Assembly: GCA_963701095.1 (NCBI GenBank)
Contig: OY969564.1
Location: 64,001-128,000 of the forward strand
DNA: 64,000 nt
Source: an uncultured Methanoregulaceae archaeon
GTDB taxonomy: Archaea; Halobacteriota; Methanomicrobia; Methanomicrobiales; Methanospirillaceae
Reading direction: 5' to 3'
Position 1 is the first letter of the stretch; the number at the start of each line of letters is the position of its first letter. The notes beneath the pieces were generated by a model. The model was not told the origin of the DNA. It did no database searches and saw only the letters and a program-made list of their open reading frames with translations. Shown here one piece after another: positions 44,104-54,746 of the stretch. Both the position numbers and the translations under genes were made by a program.

Positions 44104-45652
44104 TCAACTCAACGATCAGTTCGTCAGCGGTTTTGAACTCGCAAACCCTGTAGTGGATATCCTCACCTTTGCGGAGTCACCGGAGTATCTCGGTCGCAAA
44201 TTGTTTCCATCACAGCAGGAAATCCTCGCCGATTTCTATGACCCCGCGAAACCCTACGAAGAGCTGCTGCTGATTTGCGGCCGTGATTCCACCAAGACGT
44301 TCATGGTCAGTATCATTGCCGCATATACCGCCTATCTGTGGCTGGAGATCCCGGACCCGTATTATCTCTACCAGGGACGGGTCGACCGCGGCAAAGAAGT
44401 CCACATCATCTGCCTTGCGGTCAAGAGCGAACAGGCTACCATTCTGCTGGATGAAATCAAGGCGAAGATTAACACGAGTCCCTATTTCTCCGATAAAATC
44501 GTGTCAATGAACAATTTCGAGATTGTCCTCAACAAGAACCTCCACATCATCGCTGCAACCTCTAACAGTGCGTCCGAGGTCGGGAAGACAGCCATTCTTG
44601 TCCTGTTCGATGAGATAGGAAAATACGGGCAGGAACAGGGTACTAGAGACGGTGAAGAAGTCTATGACAGTCTCACTCCCTCCGTGGGCCGGTTTGCGTC
44701 TAATAGACCGGAGTTCCTGAAACGGTGTGCCGGGGATGCAGGTCTCGAGCGGATTGTCCGGTTCCTGGGCCGGGTTGTGTCGATGTCAACCCCGATGGGA
44801 AAACAGGGTATTCTCTGGCGGATTTACCAGACTGCTTTACGGATGCCCGAGGGTATCCGCATGTACCACCGGCCGACCTGGGAGATGAACCCGAATTACC
44901 CCATAGGGTGTGCGTATCTCGAAGAACAGAAGAAAAAGAATCCGGCGGCGTTTAACCGCGAATATGGCGCGGAATTCGATGAGGCAGTCGATGCCATGTT
45001 TCCCCGTGAGATTGTTGATCGCAACAGCCGGGCATCATCTCCCACGTACGATTACCAGATGGAATATATCGGCGTCCTCGATACGAGCAAACACAAAGAC
45101 GCCTTCGGGTTCGCTATCGGCCACCTGCTTGGGGGGCGGGTCGTCATCGACGTGATAAAGTATTTCTTCCCGGATAAAGGCGTACTGAACTGGAACCACG
45201 TCACAAACGAGATTATACAAATATGCCGCCGATATAGGGTCGATCACCTCCTACACGATGGGTACGAAGGGGAAGCCGTCAAACTGTATTTCAACAACTT
45301 CCTGCTGACAGAAACACCGTTTTCCGGCCAGTATAAGATGCAGATTTACTCGTCACTTGAAGACCGGATGTACCAGAACCAGATCGAGTACCCGGCCGAA
45401 TCCCGGCTGCTTGCGGAGCTCAAAGCGATCCAGAAGAAATGGAACGGCGACAAGTTCACGATCCATCACCCGGACAGCGGGCCGGTAACCACGGATGAAG
45501 GCCCCGACCTGATCGCCAATCTCTCGTATTTCCTGTTTACCCGATTTGTGAAAACCCGGGAGGGTCTCGATGACAGCCGGCCGTCCGGGTGGCCCGATGA
45601 TGATAACGAGGATTGTATTGCATTTATCGCCGGCGGACAGGTGCACTGTTGA
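44027..45652 (+). CDS. Terminase large subunit
   Basis: GRDSTKT Walker A-like, VLFDE Walker B, MSTP, FNREYGAEF, RNase H-like C-terminus. Confidence 0.85.
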   Translation: MQKQTPKLRGKSSHTSKPAAIPSIRDQLNDQFVSGFELANPVVDILTFAESPEYLGRKLFPSQQEILADFYDPAKPYEELLLICGRDSTKTFMVSIIAAYTAYLWLEIPDPYYLYQGRVDRGKEVHIICLAVKSEQATILLDEIKAKINTSPYFSDKIVSMNNFEIVLNKNLHIIAATSNSASEVGKTAILVLFDEIGKYGQEQGTRDGEEVYDSLTPSVGRFASNRPEFLKRCAGDAGLERIVRFLGRVVSMSTPMGKQGILWRIYQTALRMPEGIRMYHRPTWEMNPNYPIGCAYLEEQKKKNPAAFNREYGAEFDEAVDAMFPREIVDRNSRASSPTYDYQMEYIGVLDTSKHKDAFGFAIGHLLGGRVVIDVIKYFFPDKGVLNWNHVTNEIIQICRRYRVDHLLHDGYEGEAVKLYFNNFLLTETPFSGQYKMQIYSSLEDRMYQNQIEYPAESRLLAELKAIQKKWNGDKFTIHHPDSGPVTTDEGPDLIANLSYFLFTRFVKTREGLDDSRPSGWPDDDNEDCIAFIAGGQVHC

Positions 45653-45668
45653 CGTTCATTTTCAAATG

Positions 45669-45903
45669 CATGAGTAAAGAGATTGTCATCGCAGAGGCCG
45701 CTAGGGTTATGCTCGCGATTGAAAAGAACGCCAGCATGTCCCTTATCATCGAACCATGCCCGGACCCGGATCGTGAAGGGTGGTGGCAGGTGCGGGAATG
45801 CCCGATATTTCCCATCCCCCAGTATAAATCCAAACCGCACCGGAAAAGCGAGCGAAAAGTCCGGCGGGATATGGGCAGACCGAGACTTCGCCAGACCGTT
45901 TAA
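45669..45903 (+). CDS. Hypothetical protein
   Basis: Short ORF after terL; start position uncertain. Confidence 0.4.
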
Positions 45904-45921
45904 AAAGTGTTCATCCTACGC

Positions 45922-46152
45922 TTACGTATCCTCAAGCAGTAAAAAATACTCTTCACGGGAAATCCCGGCAGATTTCAGATTATTCTTGATAATGAAAACA
46001 GGGACATCATCCCAGTCCGGAATGACCAGTGGTCGTTTCGCACCGGGCTTTGAAAAAACATAATGATCGCCTTCAATTCTCCTGCAGGTATAACCGGCAT
46101 GCTCGAAGACCTTACGTAACTTTCTTGCCGGGATCGGGACAATCTTTGGCAT
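45922..46152 (-). CDS. hicA: HicA family toxin
   Basis: G...R.EGDH motif; LVIP...IKNNLKSAGIS. Confidence 0.85.
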   Translation of the reverse strand: MPKIVPIPARKLRKVFEHAGYTCRRIEGDHYVFSKPGAKRPLVIPDWDDVPVFIIKNNLKSAGISREEYFLLLEDT

Positions 46153-46155
46153 TGA

Positions 46156-46419
46156 TCAGAGACTGACTTCTTCTGCCGCAATGATTTTTGGCGGTACATA
46201 CCGTCCATCGTGATTTACGGTATAGTTGACCTCAGAAAGAATCTCGTCGAGCGTTCCCATTTTTTCAGATTCTTCAAGAAACAACCGGATAGCAGTCCTG
46301 AGCATCTCTTTAGCGTTCAGGACGGAATTTCCGCAGCTCGAAAGATCCAGCTCCGGGCAGTACGCAACAAACGTATCCCCTTCCTTAAACACGATCATAT
46401 CGAAATTCATTTTGATCAT
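46156..46419 (-). CDS. hicB: HicB family antitoxin (no DNA-binding domain)
   Basis: FVAYCPEL..SSCG....A..ML..AI. Confidence 0.85.
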   Translation of the reverse strand: MIKMNFDMIVFKEGDTFVAYCPELDLSSCGNSVLNAKEMLRTAIRLFLEESEKMGTLDEILSEVNYTVNHDGRYVPPKIIAAEEVSL

Positions 46420-46609
46420 AGTGTCACCGTTCTCATTCAAACCGGGATTGATTGTCCATATCTTGGCCTTTAGTTATGATAATTCCATCCATGGTCCGCA
46501 TGGATACTGCACTAGTTGATGCTATTTTTTTACTCTTCTGATGGGGGGTTATCGGTTTTCGCCAGACCGTTTCAAGTTTATAATTTTTGACGGAATAACG
46601 AAAACCAGC

Positions 46610-46978
46610 ATGCCACAACTCGAACTGGATCCTGGTTTTGTAAAACCGGTGAGTGCATCTGACATTGCAGAACCGGGATACGTACCTGGTTTCACCGTAT
46701 TACCGGCAGCAAGTACCAACCTCCTCAAGAACGGCAATATTACCTGCATCAAACCTAACGGACGCCTTGCATTTTGGTTCACTTCTACCGTTGCAGGAAC
46801 ACTGACGGTCACGTATACCGTCAATGGTGTGATTACCAAGAGTCTCCAGAACGGCGGAGCGTTGTTGGTCGCCGGGGTCGAGTATTCCGGTGTCATCGCA
46901 GTAGACGCGAATGAAACCGTCAATTTCCAGTACTCAGTCACCAGCGGCACCTATCGCCTGGTTGTTCGGGAGATCTGA
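46610..46978 (+). CDS. Beta-rich hypothetical (possible virion) protein
   Basis: Coupled to the portal start. Confidence 0.6.
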   Translation: MPQLELDPGFVKPVSASDIAEPGYVPGFTVLPAASTNLLKNGNITCIKPNGRLAFWFTSTVAGTLTVTYTVNGVITKSLQNGGALLVAGVEYSGVIAVDANETVNFQYSVTSGTYRLVVREI

Positions 46979-48752
46979 TGGTGAAGCGTCCGGCAAATGC
47001 TCCCTTTGATCCTCTGGAGGGTATCGAGCATTTCTCCGGGATCGCCATGGGTGCAGCCTATACCATCCCCGACTTTGGTCCCAACGGCCGGGCATTGAAC
47101 GGCCAGGAATACATCAACAAAGCCCTGGACTCTGATGTGTACGGCGGCCGGAAAATCACCTATTTCAACAAATACGACCGTCTCCAGCAGCTCGAACAAA
47201 TTAATTCAAGACTGGGCATCGGCCTGATCAAGCTCGGCTTCAAACTCCGTGGCCCGGAATTCAAACTGTTCTGCGACCAGGCCGCCGGACTTACCAACGA
47301 ACAGCAGACCTCAATTCTCCAGGACGCGAACAATTTTACGACCAATCTTGATCTCCAGAACCAGTTTGCTGCTGCAGGCCGGCTACTTGCCCGTGACGGC
47401 ACTGTTCCGATCCTTAACAGTGCGGATGCCCGGTTTGGCAATGGGGAGGGTATTACAACCCTTGACTATATGCCGATGAGCCATACCACGATCCTCCCTA
47501 TCGATGCAGAACCTATGACCGCATTCCAGAACGAGGAACAGCTCTGGGAATATGGCACACTCACGGGTGAAGCGTACCAGGTTATTATTAACGAACGCAT
47601 CCAGGCTAAACGCGAAATCCACCTGATCCCGAATGGCCGGGTTACCCTCATGCGGCTGATGCATTTCGGTAACCAGGTCCGTGACATTTACAACCGCAAC
47701 ACGATCGGTCTCTACGGTATCAGCCTTGCCGAGATGATTGATCCCCGCGTCAAGCAACTCGAAGATATGATGTGGGGTTTTTCAAAAGCAATCAACCGGT
47801 ATGGGTATGGCAGGCTCCAGATCGACAACGACCTCCTGAAACAACAGATCGTTGAAGGGACGATGAACCTCAAACAGGCTACGAAGATCATGGCCACGGA
47901 ACAGAAAATCATGAATACCCTGGAGCCCAACCGTGACCTCCTGACCATTGGTAAGACGGTGAAGGCTATCCCGGCGGGTTTGAGAATGCTTCCGGTGTTA
48001 TCGAGATGATCGAGGCCGTCCAGAACGATATCTCGTATGGCCTGTTCGAGACGGAAGCCGGAGGCAACCGGACTCATTCCGGTTCGAACCGGGCGTCGTC
48101 CCAAATATCTGACCAGGATGCCAACCGGGTCCTTGAAGCACTGCGGCTCCAGGTCAAGGTCGGCTTTGAGTCCATCATCAAACGGCACCTTGAACTGCTC
48201 GGATATAACGAGGTTGAAGCCCAGTCTATCCGGATTGAACTGCAGCCCATTGATACGCCTATCGCAGATCTCCAGGTGCTTTTGAATATCGCCGCGATGG
48301 ATCCGAAGGCACTCTCAATGGGACAGGCTATTGAAATGGCCGGCCTGCACATTCCTCCACGGCAGACGGTTGATTTTGAAGAGGATCAAACGATCCAGAG
48401 CGATGATCAGAATCCTCCGGCTGTTGCAATGCCTCCAGGGAAAGGTGCGTCGATGACGATGTTCGGAGCCAAGATCGATGTACGGCCGGGTGAGTCTATC
48501 CAGGCCGCATACAAACGTAAGACAAAACAGGAACTATTCGCAGCGGTCAAAAAGTGGAAAGGAGAAAATAAGAAAATTCCTCTGCCTGCCTCAAAGACCG
48601 GTGAGTGGCGGCTGATCTTCGGCCGGTATATTAACGTGAAGGAGGGCGATGACGAAGCGGCATGCTATCTCACGCAAACCCTCCGGAACTACGACGATGA
48701 TGCCGAAGCTTGGGAGCAGGAATTACGGCGGGTAAAGGAGGGAAAGAAATGA
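46978..48752 (+). CDS. Portal protein (frameshift near 47973)
   Basis: Position between terL and protease; ARDG and YGIS motifs; frames join as AIPGGFENASGVIEMIEAV. Confidence 0.7.
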
Positions 48753-48887
48753 GATTTTCCACAGCATGCATTAGCCATTATCAAATAAGAAAATATATCG
48801 TTATTAGGATGAAATGAGGGGATATGCTTCCTGAAAATCCCAAAGAAATGTTAAAAAGAATCGATGGGGCAGTGAAAAGCGGGAGAA

Positions 48888-51152
48888 TTAGGTTAGTTTT
48901 TTTAGTGCGATTTCCCGATTCTGTTTCGCGATGGCATAATCTGGTTTAATGGCTAGGGCTTTGTCAAAAGATGCAATTGCATCATTAAGTCTACCAAGAC
49001 CACTGAGCGCGACTCCGCGGGTATCCCACACCAAGGCATAATTTGGGTTAAGATTGATTGCGTTGTCACATGAGGTAAGGGCTTCTGTATACCGACCGAG
49101 ATTATTCAGAGCATCCCCTCGGTTGTTCCACGCATCTGGGCTTTTTGGGTAGATTGCAATCGCTTTGTCATAAGAGGCGAGTGCTTCCGAATACCGACCG
49201 AGCATCCCTAGCAAGACTCCACGATTGTACCACACCAGAACATAATTTGGATAGATATCAATTGCCTTGTCATATGAGTCAAGTGCTTCCCTATTTCGGC
49301 CGAGCTTACGTAGTATAATCCCGCGATTGCCCCACGCTTCTGCGATATTAGGGTTGATGGCAATTGCCTTGTCATATGAGTCAAGTGCTTCTGTATGCCG
49401 ACCGAGATTTTTCAGAATATCTCCGCGATTGCCCCACGCTTCTGCGATATTGGGGTTGATGGCAATTGCCTTGTCATATGAGTCAAGTGCTTCTGTATGC
49501 CGACCGAGAATCCCTGACAAGACTCCATGGTTGTAACACGCATCAATGTCTTTGGGGTTTATCGCAAGGATTTTATCATAACATTCTATTGCTTTCTGGA
49601 AGTCCTTCAGATCAGAAAACATTTTTCCCTTGTTTCTCCATACAAGAGCCTCCCTTGGATTTATTTCGAGAGATTTATCATAACATTCTATTCCTTTCTG
49701 AAATTCTCCAAGATTATCTAAAGATTTACCTTTGGCTCCCCATGCTCTATCGTTTCTCGGGTCTATCTCAAGGGCTTTATCAAAACATTTAATTGCTTCC
49801 AGATTTTTCTTCAAAAAGGAAAGAATACCGCCTTTATTAATCCATGAATCAGCCATTCTTGGATCTAACTCAAGCGCTTTATCATAACATTCAAGTGCTT
49901 CATGGACGTTTCCCAGACAACGAAGAGCATATCCTTTATTACTCCAACCAAGAGGATCTTTTGGATTTATTTCAAGAGCTTTGTTGTAGCATTTAATTGC
50001 TTCTGGGTATTTCTTGAGATTATCAAGATTTATGCCCATTTCATACCATATACCGGCCACATTTGGATTTATGTCGAGAGCTTTTTCACAACATTCAATT
50101 GCCTCTTGATATTTTCCTAGATTACTAAATGCGACCGCTTTACTTAGCCAATTAGATCCTGTTAAACTCTGGTCTTCTTCAAAAACAACGTATTTTTCTT
50201 TAAAAAGGATATTATAGAGTGATATTAACTCATTTTTCAAGTCATTAAAATCTGAATATCTATTATCTGGATTTCTCTCAATACATTTCATAATCAATGT
50301 ATCCAGTTGTTCCGGTATCTCAGGATTCAAACTCTTAGGTCGTTCCGGTGTTTTTTCAAAGATCTCATTTAGATCATGGAAGGGTAGTTTTCCTGTTAGC
50401 AACACATAAAGTGTCAATCCAAAAGAATAGATGTCAGATCTCGTTGTCACTGGTCCCTTAAAAGAAAATTTATCTTGAATGTTCCTAGGGAACTGTTCCG
50501 GTGGCATAAATATAGGTGTTCCAATGCCATTTGAGACGTTTATGGAATCCCCCAGCATTTGATCACCCAATACTTTTACCAATCCAAAATCTGTGATTTT
50601 AAAAGAATACCTGGATATAAATCTTGGATCTTGTCGCAGCAATACATTGGTGGGTTTAATATCGCGGTGAATTATCCCATATTTGTGATAGACGTAATCC
50701 ATCCCTGTACAAAATTGAATGGCAAAGTCCATAGCGTTCTTAATATCAATTTTACCAATAAATCGGTCTAGATCTCCTCCGGGGACATATTCTAAAAACA
50801 GTAAAGGTTTACCTTCGACTATTCGAATTGTATTTGCAAAAACAATGTTTGCATGGTGCTCAATTGCAATCCAGACCTCTGCTTCCGCCATGAATCTTTG
50901 GATTGCATTATTATCCCAGAGAAATTTATCCTGAAAAGTTTTAATAGCAATAAGTCCATTCGATTGTAGCTCACGAGCGATATAAACAACACCCATGCCG
51001 CCTTTTTTTATATCAACAATTTCGTAGAGATTCGAAATTTTATAACCTTTCTCCCAAGGTTTCACGGTGGGATGTAAAATATACGTGTTGGGGTTATTGT
51101 TTAAATCAGAGTCATTCTCTGGATTTATTCTAAAATTATAAAGAAATCCCAT
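48888..51152 (-). CDS. Hanks-type Ser/Thr kinase with 12 TPR repeats
   Basis: GGMGVVY, AIK, HRDIKPTN, DFG, PPE, SDIYSFG; 34-aa repeats. Confidence 0.93.
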   Translation of the reverse strand: MGFLYNFRINPENDSDLNNNPNTYILHPTVKPWEKGYKISNLYEIVDIKKGGMGVVYIARELQSNGLIAIKTFQDKFLWDNNAIQRFMAEAEVWIAIEHHANIVFANTIRIVEGKPLLFLEYVPGGDLDRFIGKIDIKNAMDFAIQFCTGMDYVYHKYGIIHRDIKPTNVLLRQDPRFISRYSFKITDFGLVKVLGDQMLGDSINVSNGIGTPIFMPPEQFPRNIQDKFSFKGPVTTRSDIYSFGLTLYVLLTGKLPFHDLNEIFEKTPERPKSLNPEIPEQLDTLIMKCIERNPDNRYSDFNDLKNELISLYNILFKEKYVVFEEDQSLTGSNWLSKAVAFSNLGKYQEAIECCEKALDINPNVAGIWYEMGINLDNLKKYPEAIKCYNKALEINPKDPLGWSNKGYALRCLGNVHEALECYDKALELDPRMADSWINKGGILSFLKKNLEAIKCFDKALEIDPRNDRAWGAKGKSLDNLGEFQKGIECYDKSLEINPREALVWRNKGKMFSDLKDFQKAIECYDKILAINPKDIDACYNHGVLSGILGRHTEALDSYDKAIAINPNIAEAWGNRGDILKNLGRHTEALDSYDKAIAINPNIAEAWGNRGIILRKLGRNREALDSYDKAIDIYPNYVLVWYNRGVLLGMLGRYSEALASYDKAIAIYPKSPDAWNNRGDALNNLGRYTEALTSCDNAINLNPNYALVWDTRGVALSGLGRLNDAIASFDKALAIKPDYAIAKQNREIALKKLT
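49261..49500. repeat. Near-identical 102-bp TPR-coding tandem repeats
   Basis: ATTGCCTTGTCATATGAGTCAAGTGCTTC at 49261, 49363 and 49465. Confidence 0.9.
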
Positions 51153-51338
51153 TATATACTCAAATTTTCATTCTATTTTTTACCTTTATAAGGTTTTTCG
51201 ACTTTTAACATTTTGTACGAAACCTCAACTAATTTTCACCTTAAAAGTGAAGATAAAATGAAAGGTTAGGCAAAATGAATTTATTGTTGTTCACCTGGCT
51301 AAATTTAAAATATTAGTTTAATGGATCCCTTTGCCGTA

Positions 51339-52154
51339 TTAATTTCCAACCATAATAGTTCCATTTTGTTGTTTCACCATCTTTGCCATTTCTGGGTTTA
51401 AACGATATAATTGATTATAAGCATCAAGAAATTCTTTATCGCGGTTTAAATTTTTGAGAGCTGATGCTTTGTTATACCACGCGAAGGTGTCATTTGGATT
51501 TAATTGAATGGCTCTGTCGCATGCAATGAGAGATTCATCATAACGCTTCAGAAAAACAAGGATGCCGCCCCTGTTATGCCATGCAGATGCATCATTTGGA
51601 TTTAATTGAATGGCTCTGTCGCATGCAATGAGAGCTTCTTCCTGACGCTTCAGAAGAAAAAGGACACCGCCTTTCTTCCACCATGAGGTTGCATTATTTG
51701 GAGTGAATTGTAGAGCTTGGTCATGCGCATTCAAAGCTTCTTCAAATTGTTTAAGTACATGACTAAAGATGGCTGCCTTCTCTTGCCACGCAATCAATGC
51801 ATGATCATTATCGGGATTTAATTGAAGGACTCGATTATATGAGTCTAGAGCTTCTTCATGCCGGTTCAAATTATTGAGGATATACCCTCTCATGCACCAT
51901 GAGTCCGTATCATTTGGGTTTAGGTTAAGGGCGTGGTCATATGCCACCAGGCTCCCTTCGTAGCGTTTTAAATCAATAAGCATTCGTCCTTTAAATTTCC
52001 ATAAATCTGATGATTCTGGCTTTAATTGAATCGCCACATCACAAGCAGTAAAGGCATCTAAAAATAATCCCATATTATAGTTTTTAAAGGCAGCATCCAT
52101 CCATTGATTGGCATTTTTTCCCTCAATTGTTTTCTCGGTTGAAGAAAAAACCAT
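51339..52154 (-). CDS. TPR-only protein
   Basis: About seven TPRs; identical 42-bp blocks at 51491 and 51593. Confidence 0.88.
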   Translation of the reverse strand: MVFSSTEKTIEGKNANQWMDAAFKNYNMGLFLDAFTACDVAIQLKPESSDLWKFKGRMLIDLKRYEGSLVAYDHALNLNPNDTDSWCMRGYILNNLNRHEEALDSYNRVLQLNPDNDHALIAWQEKAAIFSHVLKQFEEALNAHDQALQFTPNNATSWWKKGGVLFLLKRQEEALIACDRAIQLNPNDASAWHNRGGILVFLKRYDESLIACDRAIQLNPNDTFAWYNKASALKNLNRDKEFLDAYNQLYRLNPEMAKMVKQQNGTIMVGN

Positions 52155-52463
52155 TATTATCAATCCTATTGTAAATTTGTAACATCTTAATACTTTATTT
52201 AAAAAAACCTAAACAAGGGTGTTCTTTTCTATCCAACATCATCTTATATTCCGTGCAGTACTGCCACTGGATCGCGCTTCAAGGCATTAAGTAAAATCAA
52301 ATCGGGGTACAATTTATCTTATGATTTTTGTCAGAGTTTTTCTGGAAAACAAATTGCCACATGGAATTTTAATTAATATCTATCTTGCGGACTTTGTGTG
52401 GCACATACCTTTTATTATTTAATTCTCAATATACCATATAATTATTAAAAGATGGTGACGTAA

Positions 52464-52889
52464 ATGGGCGTTGTAGTTGAAATTCTAAAGAAAGTAAGAG
52501 ATCCGCTTAATCTCTTATACATGGCAATGCCACGAGTTTCGATGAAACCAATTGGTGGTGGACGTGCAACGTCTACAGAATATGTACCGGATCAACTTGT
52601 ATTTGATGTTCATATATGGAATGACCGAGTGCAACTTTTCAAGGTCGGTGGCGGGATAAATCTCCAGTCATCAAATCTTGCAGTACGAATGATGGTAGAA
52701 CAATTATATCCAATGTATGTCAATATCAGAGAAGTTTGTGATATTGGAGATATAGATGAAATAGAAAAACGTGGGCGGGAATTATCAGATACCGATGATC
52801 CAACCCCATATACAACCGCATTTAACGAGTTTGTAAAATTAAAAGAACGTAGAATCAAAGATTTCGAAGCAGGTGATATACAAGGATAA
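52464..52889 (+). CDS. Hypothetical protein
   Basis: 141-aa ORF with GGTGA RBS, divergent from the TPR gene. Confidence 0.65.
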   Translation: MGVVVEILKKVRDPLNLLYMAMPRVSMKPIGGGRATSTEYVPDQLVFDVHIWNDRVQLFKVGGGINLQSSNLAVRMMVEQLYPMYVNIREVCDIGDIDEIEKRGRELSDTDDPTPYTTAFNEFVKLKERRIKDFEAGDIQG

Positions 52890-53190
52890 CAAACCCAAAT
52901 CCGATAATACCATTTAATTTTGCACTTGCTATCCCCAGTGATGTGATACGGAATTGAATATTTTTTGAGAACCGGGTATTTTCGTTGTGCTATGCGCCAT
53001 AAGCTATGGCGGATATTCTGCCGTCCCTTATGTCCTCGTTCCCATGAGTTTTATATATAGCATAAGATGTACTGACAATTATCCAGTTGACTTTGGACTA
53101 TCTGGCAGCAACATCTTACAATCCGGGCAATCAGTTCCCATACTAAAAGAACAAATAAAGATTAAGTTGATGAAATAGTGGGGAAATAAT

Positions 53191-53240
53191 ATGATAACGC
53201 ACTGTTATAGGTGTGGACACTATACTTTATTGAATTCATG
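53191..53240 (+). pseudogene. 5' fragment of a Zn-finger/TPR gene split by the transposon
   Basis: MITHCYRCGHYTLLNS joins in frame to CPIYPG after 57760. Confidence 0.8.
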
Positions 53241-53372
53241 GGCTTTGCACGTAAACTCGCTTCTGCACGTAAAGTATGAGACTTGCACGTAAAGTGGCGT
53301 ATAGGTAATTTTTAATAAATTTGAACCGATCAATTTGAAAATACTAATAGGAATGAATGGAGAACAACTAGT

Positions 53373-53738
53373 ATGAGCAAAAGGAAAAAGAACGCTATCA
53401 ACGATGATGGAACTGGCGAGTTCCCCTCAAGTGGCGGAGGAATAAGATTGTTTGGGGCGACATCAAGGCATGACTATGAGTTTTTAATAATGGATGGTAT
53501 TAAAAAAGGATTTACTACCACGCCAGAACTTCACAAATTTATAGAGGCTGGATTTAAAGACAAATTTAACGAGATAGATACATCATTTGTTACAATTTAC
53601 TCTACTCGTTGGCAAAAAAACGTTGATTGGAAAAAATATCTTATGAAAAACGATGGTTTAATTGAACAAGATGGGAAACAACTTTCGTTGACTGCTGAGG
53701 GAGTTGCCCGTTATTTACATTTGAGAAAGAATAGATAA
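53373..53738 (+). CDS. Stand-alone Mrr-N-like winged-helix protein
   Basis: RWQKNVDW...MKNDGLIE......LTAEG. Confidence 0.55.
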   Translation: MSKRKKNAINDDGTGEFPSSGGGIRLFGATSRHDYEFLIMDGIKKGFTTTPELHKFIEAGFKDKFNEIDTSFVTIYSTRWQKNVDWKKYLMKNDGLIEQDGKQLSLTAEGVARYLHLRKNR

Positions 53739-53748
53739 TGTAATTTCT

Positions 53749-54705
53749 TTAAAGGCTGCTCAACCAATTGCAGAGAGAGGCGAGTTGATCGGCATCGGTC
53801 ATATTTGCAGCATTTTTCAATGTTTCATTTTGAATCCGTTCCCATATTTCATCTGCCATACGTTGAGATATTGCAGCGGCGATAAAACATATTTCCGGGA
53901 ACGAATCCTCACGAGAAAATTTAGAGCGAATGTCACTCAATGCAGATCGCGTTGTTTTCCAACGTTCATCTGCACCTGCTGGATCGATACCGCCTTTCAA
54001 TTCACCTAATGCAAGAAACAGGGCAGGTGCTTTTTTTGCCCGAGGCAATTCTTCCCGTGAACATTTTATTAAATTAATATCAACATTTTTACCAACTAAC
54101 GGGATTCTAACGTCATAAATCAATGTTCTGTTTTGCCCGTTTTTCATCCAATTCAATCCCTTTACAAGAGGAGTAATATTCGCATCGTTGACATTGGTAT
54201 TTGGGGCGCGCGCCCACTTATCTGTATCACGATTGCACCAATAAAACGGAACACCCGCATTCCTTAAAGACGCTATAACTGCACTGGATACACGTTGTCG
54301 TGCCCAATATCCGACGATGTTGTTCATTGAACCCGCCAAGCTTCCGCCACTAATTAACAAAAAGCGAAATACCAACTCTTCAACAAAATTATTACCGGCC
54401 GGTTCAAGATATTCTCTGATCAATCCTTCGATAGCGGCTGTTTTTGCTTCTTCGGGAATGTTTCCCATGCTTTTATCAGATATTCCAGAAGCGGTGATCA
54501 ATGCGCTCCGTATCCCTCCAATCCCAATCAATTCTTGAGCAGTTCGGACTGTTGATGCTGTAGATTTCAACTGTCGTGCCTCTTCTATATATGGAGAGGC
54601 AATACGACTTTTTTCAAGCGCTTGAGCTACAAACGCAGCCCTGATTTCTTCACGGGTGGTTATAAGACTGGCCGCATTCGGCAAATGAGGTAGATTTGGT
54701 GGCAT
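53749..54705 (-). CDS. Type II restriction endonuclease, AvaI/BsoBI family
   Basis: KNVD and GELKGGIDPAGADE.WKT motifs. Confidence 0.88.
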   Translation of the reverse strand: MPPNLPHLPNAASLITTREEIRAAFVAQALEKSRIASPYIEEARQLKSTASTVRTAQELIGIGGIRSALITASGISDKSMGNIPEEAKTAAIEGLIREYLEPAGNNFVEELVFRFLLISGGSLAGSMNNIVGYWARQRVSSAVIASLRNAGVPFYWCNRDTDKWARAPNTNVNDANITPLVKGLNWMKNGQNRTLIYDVRIPLVGKNVDINLIKCSREELPRAKKAPALFLALGELKGGIDPAGADERWKTTRSALSDIRSKFSREDSFPEICFIAAAISQRMADEIWERIQNETLKNAANMTDADQLASLCNWLSSL

Positions 54706-54746
54706 GATTAAATCTTATTTATGCCACAGTAAAATAAAAAATCATC

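Noticed and set aside
49261..49500. 102-bp repeats as a CRISPR array or DGR template/variable pair
   Set aside because: They are in-frame TPR codons without unique spacers; no cas or reverse transcriptase gene is present.
52987..53178. 63-aa ORF upstream of the interrupted gene
   Set aside because: GTG start without a clear RBS or motif; cannot be supported.
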